From Octopus sinensis (taxonomy: Eukaryota): a stretch of DNA of 64,000 nt. The position numbers were made by a program, and so were the translations under genes. The stretch covers positions 110,732,001-110,796,000 of the forward strand of contig NC_043003.1 in NCBI RefSeq assembly GCF_006345805.1, written 5' to 3'. A model generated the notes under the pieces. It saw only the letters and a program-made list of their open reading frames with translations. It was not told the DNA's origin and made no database searches. The stretch's first letter is position 1, and every line of letters starts with the position of its first letter. Of the stretch, positions 41,465 to 54,351 are shown piece by piece.

Positions 41465-41997
41465 AAAAGGCCCGAAAAATATGATGGATGGGGTTAGTCG
41501 ACTAGATAGACCCCAGTATGCATCTGGTACTTAATTTATCGACCCCGAAAAGATGCATGGCAAAGTCGACCTCGGTGGAATTTGAACTTCGAATATAAAG
41601 ACAGACGAAATACCTATTTCTTCACTGCTCACAAAGGGCTAAACACAGAGGGGACAAACAAGGACAGACAAACGGATTAAGTCGATTTCATCGACCTCAG
41701 TGCGTAACGGATATTCATTTAATCGACTCCGAAAGGATGAAAAGCAAAGTCGACCTCGGCGGAATTTGAACTCAGAAAGTAAAGACAGACGAAATACCTA
41801 TTTCTTTACTACCCACAAGGGGCTAAACACAGAGAGGACAAACAAGGACAGACAAACGGATTAAGTCGATATTATCGACCCCGAAAGTATGGAAGGCAAA
41901 ATCGACCTCGGCGGAATTTGAACTCAGAACGTAATGGCAGACGAAATACGGCTAAGCATTTCGCCCGTCGTGCAAACGTTTCGGCCATCTCGCCGCC
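41465..41997 (-). mobile_element. SINE with internal 184-bp tandem triplication
   Basis: agtcga units start at 41496, 41680 and 41864. A single head (ggcggcgagatggccgaaacgtttgcacg) lies at about 41997. Confidence 0.85.
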
Positions 41998-42104
41998 TTT
42001 TTTCAGAAAATGTCGTTATTGAACACACTATAGTTACTCTTCTAATTTCTTTTGGCTGGAAACTTATGTAGCTTATGTGAGTTATTCGTGTTTTTTATGC
42101 ACAA

Positions 42105-42285
42105 GCGAGGGAATAATTCGATTACATCAACCCTAGTGTTGAACTGGTGTTTATCTTATCGACCCTGAAAGGGTGATAGGCAAAAATCGACCTCGGATGA
42201 ATTTGGAGTGAGAAGGTAATGACGGACGAAATGCCGTTAAGCATTTCGTTTTACATGCTAGCAACTTCTGCCAGCTCAGCAGCTT
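42105..42285 (-). mobile_element. SINE, same family as 41465
   Basis: atcgaccctgaaagggtgataggcaaaaatcgacctcgg...ctgccagctc. Confidence 0.7.
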
Positions 42286-45200
42286 TCTTATCCATCTAAC
42301 TAATATAAAAATGTACCAATAGAGCATTGGAGGAAAATTTTCTTTTGTAATATTCCTACTGATTTAGTTAATGAAGTTACCAGCAGAAACGAGTGTGTTC
42401 GCAAACATCTTGTCTCTCTATGTATTTATTCGTATCTCAAACGTTATGTGATAATTTCAGAAATTGATGATATATAAGAATGCCGATGATATTGATAAAT
42501 CCATCTCTAGATTTCCTTCAAGCAATTTATAGCATTGAAATGATTTTAGTTCGAAATGTTCAGCTCCATAACTTTTAGCTGTGTTTGAATAATCGCCAGT
42601 TATACATGTGGAATGTTCTCTTAAATGTTTGACCAAGAATTGAATCTGTCGTCAACATCCATAAATAAAACGGGCAATTTGTTTCTAACACTATACTATA
42701 ACATCAATAAATTTTGAAGTTATCTCATTTACCAATTTATATAGTTTCCAACAGCAACTCACTAAATTGCTTAACTCTCCATGATTTATCTTACGTTTGA
42801 ATTTTCACAATTCAAAGGTGATTCAAAATATTGATTAGGGGCATTTCTCCTCCCATTTAGAGGAGGTGATTTCCTAAATATACACTAATTGGAGATAGCT
42901 TTACCTCATAAAAGTATCATAACGAAGAGGACTACAGTTAATTGATGCTAGGAAGGATGTTCTGCATCGACAATTAAAGTAAAGGAAATATTGACCCATC
43001 ATCTGATCAGTGTCACGAAATTTATTCAGCTGCCTCTGATTGTTCTACAAACGAAATAAAATCATATTTTCTTTAGCACTAAATTACAAAACAGTAGCAA
43101 GAACAACGAAACACACAGGCATACAAGCGCGCATATGTCTACGAATGCCTGACTATATATATATATATATACGTTCAGATGTATGCATGGATATGCATGC
43201 ATGTATATGTGTGCATGCGTGTGTGCGTGCGAGGGTGTATCAGTGTGTGAGTGTTTGTGTATGTGTGTGTTTGAGTGTGTGTGTGTATGGGGGGGGGGCT
43301 TTCAGCACATGTTTGTATTTTTGTTGTGCAATAATTTGGCAGAACAATTTAGAAGTAACGAAAATGTGATTTTATTTCGTTTGTAGAACAATTACAAATT
43401 GCCAAGTATATCTCGTGATGAGATACGTCAATGCTTCTGATATATATGTATATATATATATATATATATACAGACACACACACACACACACATATATACA
43501 TACATATATATATATATATGTATGTATACGCGAGCGTTTGTGTTTCTGATAATCAGATATATGGTATATATTTCTGACTGCTGTATTGCACAGCCAAGTC
43601 TTCTTGCAATTCTCTTGTTAATAACCTTATATGATTTCTTTATATCTCTTGATTCAATGTTCAATAAACTCAGTTATAATATATTTCATATTATGGTTTT
43701 ATCCGTCTCACTAATGGCGGAGAATAGGAAAAAATTACGTTGCTTTGCATTAGGTATAACATATAAAATAAGCTGAATTCGAAAGCGCCTTTTATCAAGT
43801 ATTATGCTATTACATAACTATTAACTTTATCAATCCAAAAGTGTTGATAGAATATTTTCTCTAGTGATAGTATATACTCATGGAACAGAATATCAATCAA
43901 ATCTGGTATTATATAATAAATACACTTTCCCGATAGTAGAATATTCCTGGCTTCTACAATGTTATATAATTTGCAAAAGTTCGAACACAATAGGAAAAAA
44001 AATCATCGGAAATGTTTTTGTCCGAACTAATCAAAATCCAGGAGATATTAGAATGGGAGAAAAAAGGTAAATAACTTTCTAAAGAAGAACAAGAACAAAC
44101 GTATCCAGGTTCTGTCAATACGAATCAGAAAAATCGGTGTCCATTTGTATTTTATTGACAATGATTGCTGACAATAACTATGTAATTGCGCATAGGTTAT
44201 GTTGGTTGTTAAAAAAAAAAAAACGTATTTGACATTTTGAATCAATTCTCAAAAGGAATTAAGTGCATCAGACTAGTTACATAATTGCATTGAGATTTTG
44301 TTTATAAGAAACATCCAAATCTAGCAGACAAGAAGAAGAAACATACGCACTCGTTCGCAAGCAGACACAATCAAAGCTACAACTATATTTATATATAAAT
44401 TTACTATTTGTTTAACTGTAATAAAGGACTTTTATCTATAAACATAGAATGCATTTGTGTGTGTGTTTGTGTAAGTGTGTTTTTGTCTGCGTGTGCGTAT
44501 GTGTATGTGTGTGCGTTTGTGTGTGTGTGTACGTATATGTGTCTACTCCTACTGTACTTGAAACACAGTCAGAAATCTTAATATTTGTTAAAGTTCCAAG
44601 CTGTATGCTGTAACTTTGTCCATGTGATAAATTCAACGTATATATTTCTCTACAATCATAACCGGCTTGTTTTCCAGGATGCGCAATTTGTTGAGAAGTT
44701 TTTCCATTTCTTAATTTCCATTTCTATGTTTCTTAGCACAGTCGTCATATATATTTCTCGTTCGATAGTCTCATATTTCTTCATAAGCTTGTTCTAAGAT
44801 TGCTTATTACCCAGACACTATTTATATATAGCTGGCTGGTTGAAAAGTCTGTCATTCTTAAGACATGAGACACGCCTAGCCCATCTATACATTTTATAAC
44901 ATGTGAGTGAATACTCAAACATTTGCTCCTCTCAAGAATTTATTTATCTCGAATCCTATTCTTCTGACGAACATGTACTAAAAATCTCAGAAATCTGTTT
45001 CGAAAAAGTTTAACGTGTCTCACGTGTCGCTGGTGAAGAGTATTCTCCAGAGAAATGAAGTGATGTTTTATACATCGCTGGTCACAATGCTCCTTGCATC
45101 GTTTTACCACTCGAATGATGCTACCCCGCTAGCTGCGCAAGGAGGCCAACACTTCTTATTATCGGAAAGCTAGTCTGTTACCCATTCACAACTAAATGGA

Positions 45201-45429
45201 ATGAAGCAAAGAAAAATGAAGTGTTTAGCCCAAGAACACAACCCACGCTCAGTCATGGAATGGAAGCCACAGCCACAGGATCGTGCTTGCAAAACACTAA
45301 CAAGCAGGGCATGTGCACACACACACACAGACATATATGCAAATATATATATATATGTATGCATGCATGTATATATATATGTATATATATATATATATAT
45401 ACACACACTTATGTGTGTAAATATCAGCT

Positions 45430-45732
45430 GGGTTCCTGCTGATCCGATCAACGGAACAGCCTGCTCGTGAAATCAACGTGCGAGTGGCTGAGCGCTTCAC
45501 ATACACGTGTACACTTAACGTAGTTCTCAGTGAGATTCAATGTGACACAGACTGAGCCAAAGCGGGCCATTTGAAATACAGGTACAAGGAAAACAGGAAG
45601 AAAGTTGTGGTGAAAGACTCTGTTTTGTAGGTCTTTTCGCTCTAACATTGACAACGCCCGGTCTGGGAATCGAAACCGCGATTCTACGACCGCAATTCCG
45701 CTGCTCTAACCACTGGACCATTGCGCCTCCAC
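45430..45732 (-). mobile_element. tRNA-derived SINE (9159 family)
   Basis: The reverse complement starts gtggaggcgcaatggtccagtggttagagc...gtttcgattcccagacc, matching 9159. Confidence 0.9.
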
Positions 45733-47292
45733 TATATATAAGTACACACACACACACACACACACACAAATATGTGTATATATTTCTGAAATGGAAACAA
45801 CAAATTCTTGGGGGATAGAATGATAACGGTCAAATGCACAGCAAGTCATGAAGCATTTAACATAACACACTCAGCATGATATCCTACTCGGCGAAATAAA
45901 ACACAACCGTACAATTTCAGAGTAAGTATATCATGCAAAGCTAAAGAATAAGTAGAGCTTTAGATTATTGACACATAAAAATAATTATATTTAGACGTAA
46001 TATCGTGAATGTGTTAAATATTCTGTCCTTCTACAACAGTTATGCTCATGGTTATGCTAAATACTATACGTATATTATGCCAGCAGTTTTCCAGTCGATG
46101 CATTATTCTACAGTGTTGTATATATATATATATATATATTGTTCAAGTAATAAAACCAACAATATATTACAGGAACATATTTTATCATCTCTGGTTAGAG
46201 AATGAAATATAAACTCGAAATAATAGACACAAGAGGACATAATTTAAGGGTCTTTGTTCAAAGTTATATGAAATCCCACACGTTGTCGTTTACTGTTTGA
46301 AACTACAGAGACAATGTTTCAAGCATATCATTTTGGGGAGAAGATAATTATTTTAAAGCCAATACATAGACGATCATAAGTACAATACAAAAGATTGGAA
46401 GCATTAATTCACTTAACCAAAGGACACAGCTCTATCATACATGAACGAATGGCTTCTGTTTAAATTCTACGACAAGGTTGCTTTTAATTCGTAATTGAAT
46501 TTAAACTATCAAAACTCTACAAGATTTAACTCTTCCTCTCTCAAACAGTGAATACTGTAAGATTTAACTCGCTACTGTATTAAATAAGTCAGTAACGTCA
46601 TTAGATTATCGTGATATATGTTTTTTCTCTATAATAATCATCCATTACAGGTACTTTTCGATTTATTGTTTCGTAATAATGCAGAAATCTTCCCGTTCTC
46701 GTTGCGTTTGACCTAATCAGTATTAAAATGGATTATGTATAATTACTGATAATACAAACCCTACAACGCAGCCTGTAGTTTGCTATTATTTTATTGATCT
46801 TTAATACTGGCTTTCATTGTAGTCTGACGTAGTTCTATATTGTCATACGCAACGAGATTACACGCCTTTGTTCAGGTTTACATCCAAAGTTGTCTTTATG
46901 TGGAATCAGACATCGAAAATTATTGGGTTAATGTCTGTTTAGCTATTAAACATAGCCTGAATAACGTTCGATTCATCGATCCTCCAATAAGGATATTTTG
47001 TTCATTGCACTGATGGATAAAGAGACACGATAGGAGCTAGACTGTATATGTTTGTAGGTGTTCAATATTTAATGTCTCAAGAATGTCAGTCTTTAATGAC
47101 ATACAAAGGGAGAAAAGAAGAGGAGTTTAAAACTACGTTTCGCTTCGACATATCTGTTGATTGATCGTACGTTGTGAAATAATTTTGTCAGGCGTCGTTA
47201 CAATGTATAACGCTAGTAAAACGTGCGTGATATCAATAGAGAGATGATGGATATTAAGACAAGATTTCAACAGATTTTGAGCGAAAACAAGC

Positions 47293-47336
<44 letters not shown>

Positions 47337-47849
47337 GGGAGTAAAGGTTGATATTAGCTGAAGATCAATAGCAGGTTAAAGAGATTGCAGACGAGATGAT
47401 AGAAGAGACAGAAAAACAGTAAGAGAGATACCTGGGAACGCACATGAGGCCGACAGATATTTCAGTTTAGAGGAGAGAAAAAGGATAAAAAAGCCAAAAG
47501 AGAAACTGAAAGAGAAATACACTAGGAGGGTAAAAGGGAAGATGAATCCCACCCCCACAAAAAAAAACTCTATATAATAAAGCAAAGGTAAGAATGAAAA
47601 CGAATAAGGCTTAGTGAAGAAATAAGATAGAATTAAAAAAGAAAGGGAGAACATAGATATCAGAGAGGACAAAATTGACTTAGAGAACGGAAGACATCAC
47701 AGAAAGAGAAAAAAAAATGAAAGTAGCGTTGAAGAGTAAAGTTGAGAAGGTGAAAAATATTATCATAGAATGAAATGAAAATGCTAGTAGAATGTATGCT
47801 GATCTCTAGTAGAAGAAAATAACTACTTTTGGTTAAATGTTGACAGAAC

Positions 47850-48500
47850 ATGTTTCAGTTTCTGTGCATATGCATATGCACATGTCACCGAGGAAAAGTT
47901 TAAAGAATATCAAAAAAATATTGAACAAATATTTTAAACAGATTAAAGATTATGTAATATACTTATTTATTGATTGTTTAAAGGCGAAAGACGGACATGT
48001 AACAGAATGCTTTTTTAAAGTCTTAGAGGAAGAAGAAATTTTCCGAAAAATTGTGATTATTGGAAGGAAGGGAAGAAGAGAGAAACGTTAGACCGCAACA
48101 ATTTTCTTGTAATAGACTTGACTGCGCTAAAGACAAAGTTCAACAAAGGCTGTCAAAGTGGGTGCCTGAAAAGGTAGTTTAGCAGTAAAAACCATGAAGG
48201 ATGTCCACAAATCTTCCGTCTACGAAATTTCATTGAACAATTATTGGTCAAATCCTTGCTTCTGAAGGAACACCGTGGGTGGAAGGGTCAAAAGTATTCG
48301 GTATTGTACATCACGAAGCTCGTTCATGCTCTCTGCATTGTAAGTTGTCATAACTTACAATAACGAGATCAACTATGCACTTCCTTCCTAGATAGCCAAT
48401 CAAAACTATATTGGCCTAGAACGGTGGATTGGTTGTATTGAGACAACGTTTAACAGAATGCCTAGAATTATCTCTTCCGGTTTTGTATAATCTAAGTACG
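47850..48500 (+). mobile_element. Possible very degenerate PLE RT/EN remnant
   Basis: Weak resemblance only: KDYVIYLFIDCL and NQNYIGLE. Confidence 0.25.
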
Positions 48501-48589
48501 AATCATACCTCGTCTATCTGACATACTTTATGAACGCATTCAAAATCTAATGAAATTGGTATTTTTTTTGTTTCAGTCGGATGGCTGTC

Positions 48590-49135
48590 TACACCAGTTC
48601 ATGGTGAATGCTGCTATAATCCTTGCCTTCAATTTATTTTTGGTGTTACAAGGACTTTTTTTGGTCTCACGCTAAACTGCAATCCATACATAATAAAGAG
48701 TGTTGCAGTCCACGTAGTATGGTGGCCAGATGTTACGGGTGATGCGGTCGCAAATTGTCTGAGAGCCATGAATGTGTACCTCTGCTTGTGTGGCATGGTG
48801 CAGAGTCCTGTTGTCAAACATAGGGTCTTCCAGCAGCAACCATCTTGACCCAGGGCAGCATTACATCCTCCAGACACAGGATGTAAGCCTCCTTATGGAA
48901 CCTGAGGCCGTTTTGGAATATGAATGGAGGCATAACGTCGTCATCACTAGTGATCACTCCAAAAACCATGACGTTGACTGGATATTTGATTTCTATCACT
49001 TTCGCTAAAAGAACCATCTTCCAATTGACATCCAAACATTCTGAAATGTTTCGTTCGGAAATTCCTTCACGAATGCCATGCAGTAGAAAATGCTGTCTAC
49101 ACACACGTACGACAATTTTCTCATCGAACCTTGCA
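48590..49135 (-). mobile_element. Tc1/mariner (DD37D/maT-like) element, internally deleted
   Basis: VMVFGVITSDDDVMPPFIFQNGLRF...LPWVKMVAAGRPYV, then QQDSAPCHTSR. Same family as 18847. Confidence 0.85.
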
Positions 49136-50823
49136 TATACATACGCATATATATACACATATCCTTAACAATATATACACATATCTACATATACATAAGC
49201 ACACAGGTGCATACGCATACACACATCCACATTTACTCACATATACACATACACTTATACACACGCACATATGTATAAAATACATACGTACAAATGCATT
49301 TCATCGATAATACATTACCTGATACTAAGGGTGAAGAACGAACTCTGCTGTCCAGAATTAAAATTTCAAATAGACACTTTTTAAAATTGTTGTAATATCT
49401 AAGATTAGAACAATCAAGATGATGGTAAAGAAGTTCTGAACTGTATAATTACTGAACCAGGTCAGTCATCAGATTAACAACTTCATTCTTAGTGGAATAT
49501 AATAGTATAGGGTGTAATAAGGGGGTAATTAATTAGAGGCAAAACATTCTGACAAACTAAACGTCTATAATTCATGACGTTGTTTACATAATCGGGATAA
49601 GGAAGATTATGATCCAATACGGTATATATTGAAAAGAGGAAACTGAACTATGATCACCGTTGGAAAGGGAAGTTTATTAATGTAAGTCCTGTATGTTAAT
49701 TTAATGTTAGTTTATTTTATGTTAGTTTATTTATAAGATGCTCGCATCTTATAATCAATCCATCACGTTACTTAGATAGATAGATAGATAAATAGATAAG
49801 TAGATATATAGAGATATATAGAGAGAAAGAGAGATAGGTAGAGATAGACAGATTGATAGATCTAGGGACAGTTATATTAATATATATATATATGAATATA
49901 TATATAAATATAATAACTTCACTGGTGAGTGTGTTACATTATAAGGCACAAAAAGAAAATGACTCTCCCCAGACACAACAGAATATGCTTCAACACACGA
50001 ACTCATATAAAGTATCTTGTAAACCAATTCCATAAATGTCATATATATAAGCATATAAATATATATGTACATATATTTTTGGGCATGTATGTATATGTAG
50101 GTGTGTGTTTGTGTACGTGTGCATGTGTTCGTGTGTATGCGTGATTAGAGTATAATCTGTGATTGTTGAATGTATTTTCATTATTTACGCACGCAAAGAC
50201 AAATTTACACACACACGTACACACACACACGTACACTCGCATAAATGATTCCTAGATATATTGATAGATATTGCGGAAGACGTGGGTAAGTGTACACATT
50301 AACTCGCATATATCATATCTTATGTGTTTCGTCGTTTGATAATTCCATTTCCAAACGTTTTTCATTAGTAGTATATTGAGTATACGTAATACCAATATCC
50401 GACCCGGTTGGCATTAGTAACATCGTACAGAGTGGTTCAATGGGAGCATCCAGGTTGCCGATGATAGGATGTGCAATAATTGTACATTCATTCTCTACAC
50501 TAACAGAGTACAGCGTTCGATAGTAACAAACCTACACAAAAATATTGTGTATCTACATTCTAAAGAACTTTCATAATTTCACAAACATGCTTGCAGTAAA
50601 TAGAATCTTGCTTTATATTATTGCAGTAAACTTGAATTGTATAAACAACATACAAATGAAAGAAAATTCAAGAGCTTGAAGATTTTGGGCTAAAAGCATC
50701 TCAGATCTCAGTGAATTTCATGATTTAGGATCAAAGCTTATTCTACACTTACAATAAATTGAAAATGTATTTAAAGTTATAAGCTACGCATACATGCATA
50801 CACACACATACACACATACGTAC

Positions 50824-50886
<63 letters not shown>

Positions 50887-50904
50887 TATATATACATATA
50901 TATA

Positions 50905-51060
50905 TAACGGGAAGCTTTATGAAAATAGACAAGAGACGAAGGCAGGTGGAAAACAAACGAACAATTGTATTAGTATGGCGCTCAGGAAATATAAATAAAA
51001 CAAGTCTTTAACGTTTCGAGCCAACGCTCTTCAACAGAAAGATACACAGAGAGAAAAAAT
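50905..51060 (-). mobile_element. PLE-terminal fragment with HHR-like motif at 51005-51042
   Basis: Reverse strand reads tctttctgttgaagagcgttggctcgaaacgttaaaga. Same family as 40106 and 60752. Confidence 0.7.
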
Positions 51061-51108
51061 ATACACATATATATGTGTATATACATATATATATATATAT
51101 ATGTGTAT

Positions 51109-51176
<68 letters not shown>

Positions 51177-51219
51177 ATATACATATATATATATGTGTGT
51201 ATATATATATATATATAGA

Positions 51220-51505
51220 AATTCGGGGTGAGTACTTGATAATTGTAAGCACCTGTATATACCGTTTGATGGTGTATTCTACATTGAGAGAAGAACGAGA
51301 TGGACGCTTCATTTTTATGCTGTTGCCGCATTATGTCGTACGCGAATGAGAGGATTTGCATCCCCAACCAAGAATTTTTGATGTAATACATGTCCTTGTG
51401 GAAGTTGTGCGCGGCTGAAGAAGGCCACAGACACACATTATGCATTGTTATAAATCCGTCTAATAAAGACCCGAAACATATGTACCGCTGAATCCTTGGC
51501 ATCAT
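51220..51505 (-). mobile_element. Possible degenerate Tc1 DDE fragment
   Basis: RHNAATA and [10 protein letters not shown] weakly resemble the QDNAxxH and PSRSPDLNPIE motifs. Confidence 0.3.
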
Positions 51506-51524
51506 GTTTTTATTTTGATTAATT

Positions 51525-51788
51525 TATATATATATATATATGCATATATACATATATATATATATGTATATATGTATATATATATATGTATATATACATA
51601 TATATATACAAATATATATATGTATATATACATATATATATATGTATATATACATATATATATGTGTATATATATATTATATATGTATATATACAATATG
51701 TATATATACATATATATATATATAATATATGTATACATACATATATATGTGTATATACATATATATATATGTATATATACATATATGT

Positions 51789-51823
<35 letters not shown>

Positions 51824-51898
51824 TGTATATATACATATAATATATATATAATGTATATATACATATATGTATACATATATATTATATGTATATATACA

Positions 51899-51929
<31 letters not shown>

Positions 51930-52050
51930 GTATACATACATATATGTATATATACATATATGTATATATACATATATATGTGTATATATATATATATGTA
52001 TGTATATATATATATGTATATATATATATATGTATATATATGTATATATA
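51525..52050. repeat. Long degenerate (TA)n/(TACA/TATG) microsatellite, about 525 bp
   Basis: Direct reading. Similar tracts occur at about 2597, 2915, 7495, 8065, 10955, 16640, 17620, 18140-18630, 31725-32010, 37130, 40273, 50820, 51060 and 54287. Confidence 0.97.
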
Positions 52051-52104
52051 TGAAAAAACAAGTAAAAAATAGAAAATGCTAAAATAATTTTATAGTGAAC
52101 ATTT

Positions 52105-52142
52105 CAGTACCGGTTTCGGTCATTTTGAGACCTTTTCAACTG
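52105..52142 (-). ncRNA. Minimal hammerhead ribozyme, U3-A8 variant core (second copy on + at 54162-54199)
   Basis: cag-TTGAAAA-ggtc tcaaaat gacc-GAAA-ccgg-TA-ctg. Confidence 0.65.
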
Positions 52143-53569
52143 TAACGATTAAATAATTAAATTTAGAAAAATTAGAAGAAAAGTTTTTTTAAAAGAATAT
52201 TTCTATAGTAGTGTTCAGATTTAAGTGGCATTCTGCCTTTCTCTGACTCCCTTGTTTGCACTTGTGTGTTCGAGGTAGTTGTGAGTTCTTGGTAAGGTAG
52301 TAGAGGGAAGGCTGGTGAGGAAAGGGGGGTGGGAGAATCTGGCAGCCCTTTCTCCATCTACATAGAAAACAACTGGAAGAGATATCTAGATGACTGTTTC
52401 ATCCTTTGGCATAAAAATATAGAAAAACTCATAGAATTCCAGAATATTTTAAACGGACTGGACGTAAACATCCAATTCACGATGGAATATAGCCAACAAC
52501 AACTCCCCTTCCTCGATATCCTCATTAAGAAAGCTAATAATATAATAGAAACAGACATATACTATAAGCCTACAGACTCTAAGCAATATCTTCCATTCAA
52601 TTCATGCCACCCCAGACACACCAGGATGAATATCCCCTTCAATCTAGCAAAAAGGATAAGCACTATAGTCTCTAACGCAAACACCAGAGACACACGACTA
52701 CAAGAACTAAAATATACCCTAATCACCAGGAACTATCCACCTTCACTTATTGACAAGTGCATTCAACGTGCCCTTCAACTTAACATCAAGGAACTGAGAC
52801 ATCCCAAATCAAAGAAAATCTTACAACCAAAAGCCTTACCATACATCTCCACACACAACCTCTCAATAACGAAGCCTTCGACACCATCCTCCACAACATA
52901 CCCCCCCTAAAAAAAGACCACAGAATGAACACAATCCTCCAAACACACACGATCATAAAAAGCAAAAGACAGCCTAGATCCATGAAAAGTCTCCTTACAC
53001 AAGCCCGAATTCACTCTTCAACACAGAAGCCGACAGTAAAAAAATGTGGAAGACCCATTGCGGGATATGCGACTATCTAATCGAGGGTTCTGAGTTCTCC
53101 TTCAAACAGGGACAACGGTTTTCAGTGAAAAGCAACTTCACATGTGCTTCGGAGAACCTAATATACTCACTAACCTGCTCCGGTGTCAAGAGCAGTACAT
53201 AGGCCAAACAAAAAATGGTTTGCGTAAACGAATGGCCCTGCACAGATCCCAGATAAAAATTCCCCAAAACAGAAAAATAGCTTTTAGCCAACACATAGAT
53301 ACTTGCGCCAACAAAAAAACACCAAACTTCAGAATTTTCCCCCTCTACCAATTTAGGGACGATACAACCTCGAGACAAAGAATAAGTAAAGAAAATCTCT
53401 TTATTACAAAATACAAGCCACTTCTTAACGGGTCTACGACAAACAATTAATATACCTCAACTTTAGAATAAAAGAAAAAAAATATATATACACACACAAA
53501 TACTATACTCCATAGAATCCATTACTAATCAGCCCCTTCATAGCTATATTTACACCCATTCATATTCTC

Positions 53570-53810
53570 CCTTCTCTGTTTCTTTCTTCTTCTTCTTCTT
53601 CCTCTTCTTCTTCATCATCATCGTTATCATCATCATCGGCGTCATCATCATCGCCACCATCATCACCACCATCTTCTCCTTCTCCTCCTTCTTCTTCATC
53701 ATCATCGTTATCATCATCATCGTCGTCATAATCATCATCACCATCATCTTCTCCTTCTCCTTCTTCTTCTTCTTCTTCTTCTTCTTCTTCTTCTTCTTCT
53801 TCTTCTTCTC
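53570..53810. repeat. (TTC)n/(ATC)n compound microsatellite with an internal duplication, inside the PLE 3' region
   Basis: cttcttcttcatcatcatcgttatcatcatcatcg occurs twice. Confidence 0.9.
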
Positions 53811-54286
53811 CACCCCCTACCCCTTAAGTTTGTCACTAATGTTTTTTAGTATAACACCTACGCTAATTCTATAAACAAGCCTGTCAATATAAATATTCTC
53901 CTGAATTGAACTGAGACTGCCAGCCGCCACTGACCATTCAAAATACGACCATCAGGGCACTCCCAGATTCTCCCACCCCCCTTTCCTCACCAGCCTTCCC
54001 TCTACTACCTTACCAAGAACTCACAACTACCTCGAACACACAAGTGCAAACAGGGAGTCAGAGAAAGGCAGAATGCCACTTAAATCTGAACACTACTATA
54101 GAAATATTCTTTTAAAAAAACTTTTCTTCTAATTTTTCTAAATTTAATTATTTAATCGTTACATTTGAAAAGGTCTCAAAATGACCGAAACCGGTACTGA
54201 AATGTTCACTATAAAATTATTTTAGCATTTTCTATTTTTTACTTGTTTTTTCATATATATCAACTCGTGTGTTCCTTTTCACCCTC

Positions 54287-54351
<65 letters not shown>

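Larger units (their letters stand above)
52044..54260 (+). mobile_element. 5'-truncated Penelope-like element (Cys-linker, Neptune-like) with an inverted 5' copy of its 3' terminus
   Basis: NNWKRYLDDCFILW, QLPFLDILI, YYKPTDSKQYLPFNSCHPRH, ALPYISTHN, KCGRP.CGICDYLIEG and EQYIGQTKNGLRKRMALHRSQI. 52044-52342 is the reverse complement of 53963-54260 with 2 differences. Confidence 0.92.

Noticed and set aside
41465-41997. Regularly spaced repeats that could suggest a CRISPR-like array
   Set aside because: The units are 184-bp tandem SINE bodies without unique spacers, and the context is eukaryotic.
47335-47830. Purine-rich, Lys/Glu-rich coding-like stretch
   Set aside because: Stops in the frames I read and no motif; probably low-complexity or decayed TE sequence.
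50385-50530. Stop-free minus-strand frame after a tttttgtgtag acceptor (VCYYRTLYSV...)
   Set aside because: Weak donor and no similarity to GABA-B or any protein I recognise.
51502-52082. Long ORFs of 100-185 aa (YIYIYI...), and similar ones at 7475-8335, 17587-18553, 31605-32071 and 34367-35009
   Set aside because: These are translations of (TA)n/(AAT)n microsatellites that lack stop codons by construction; they are not genes.
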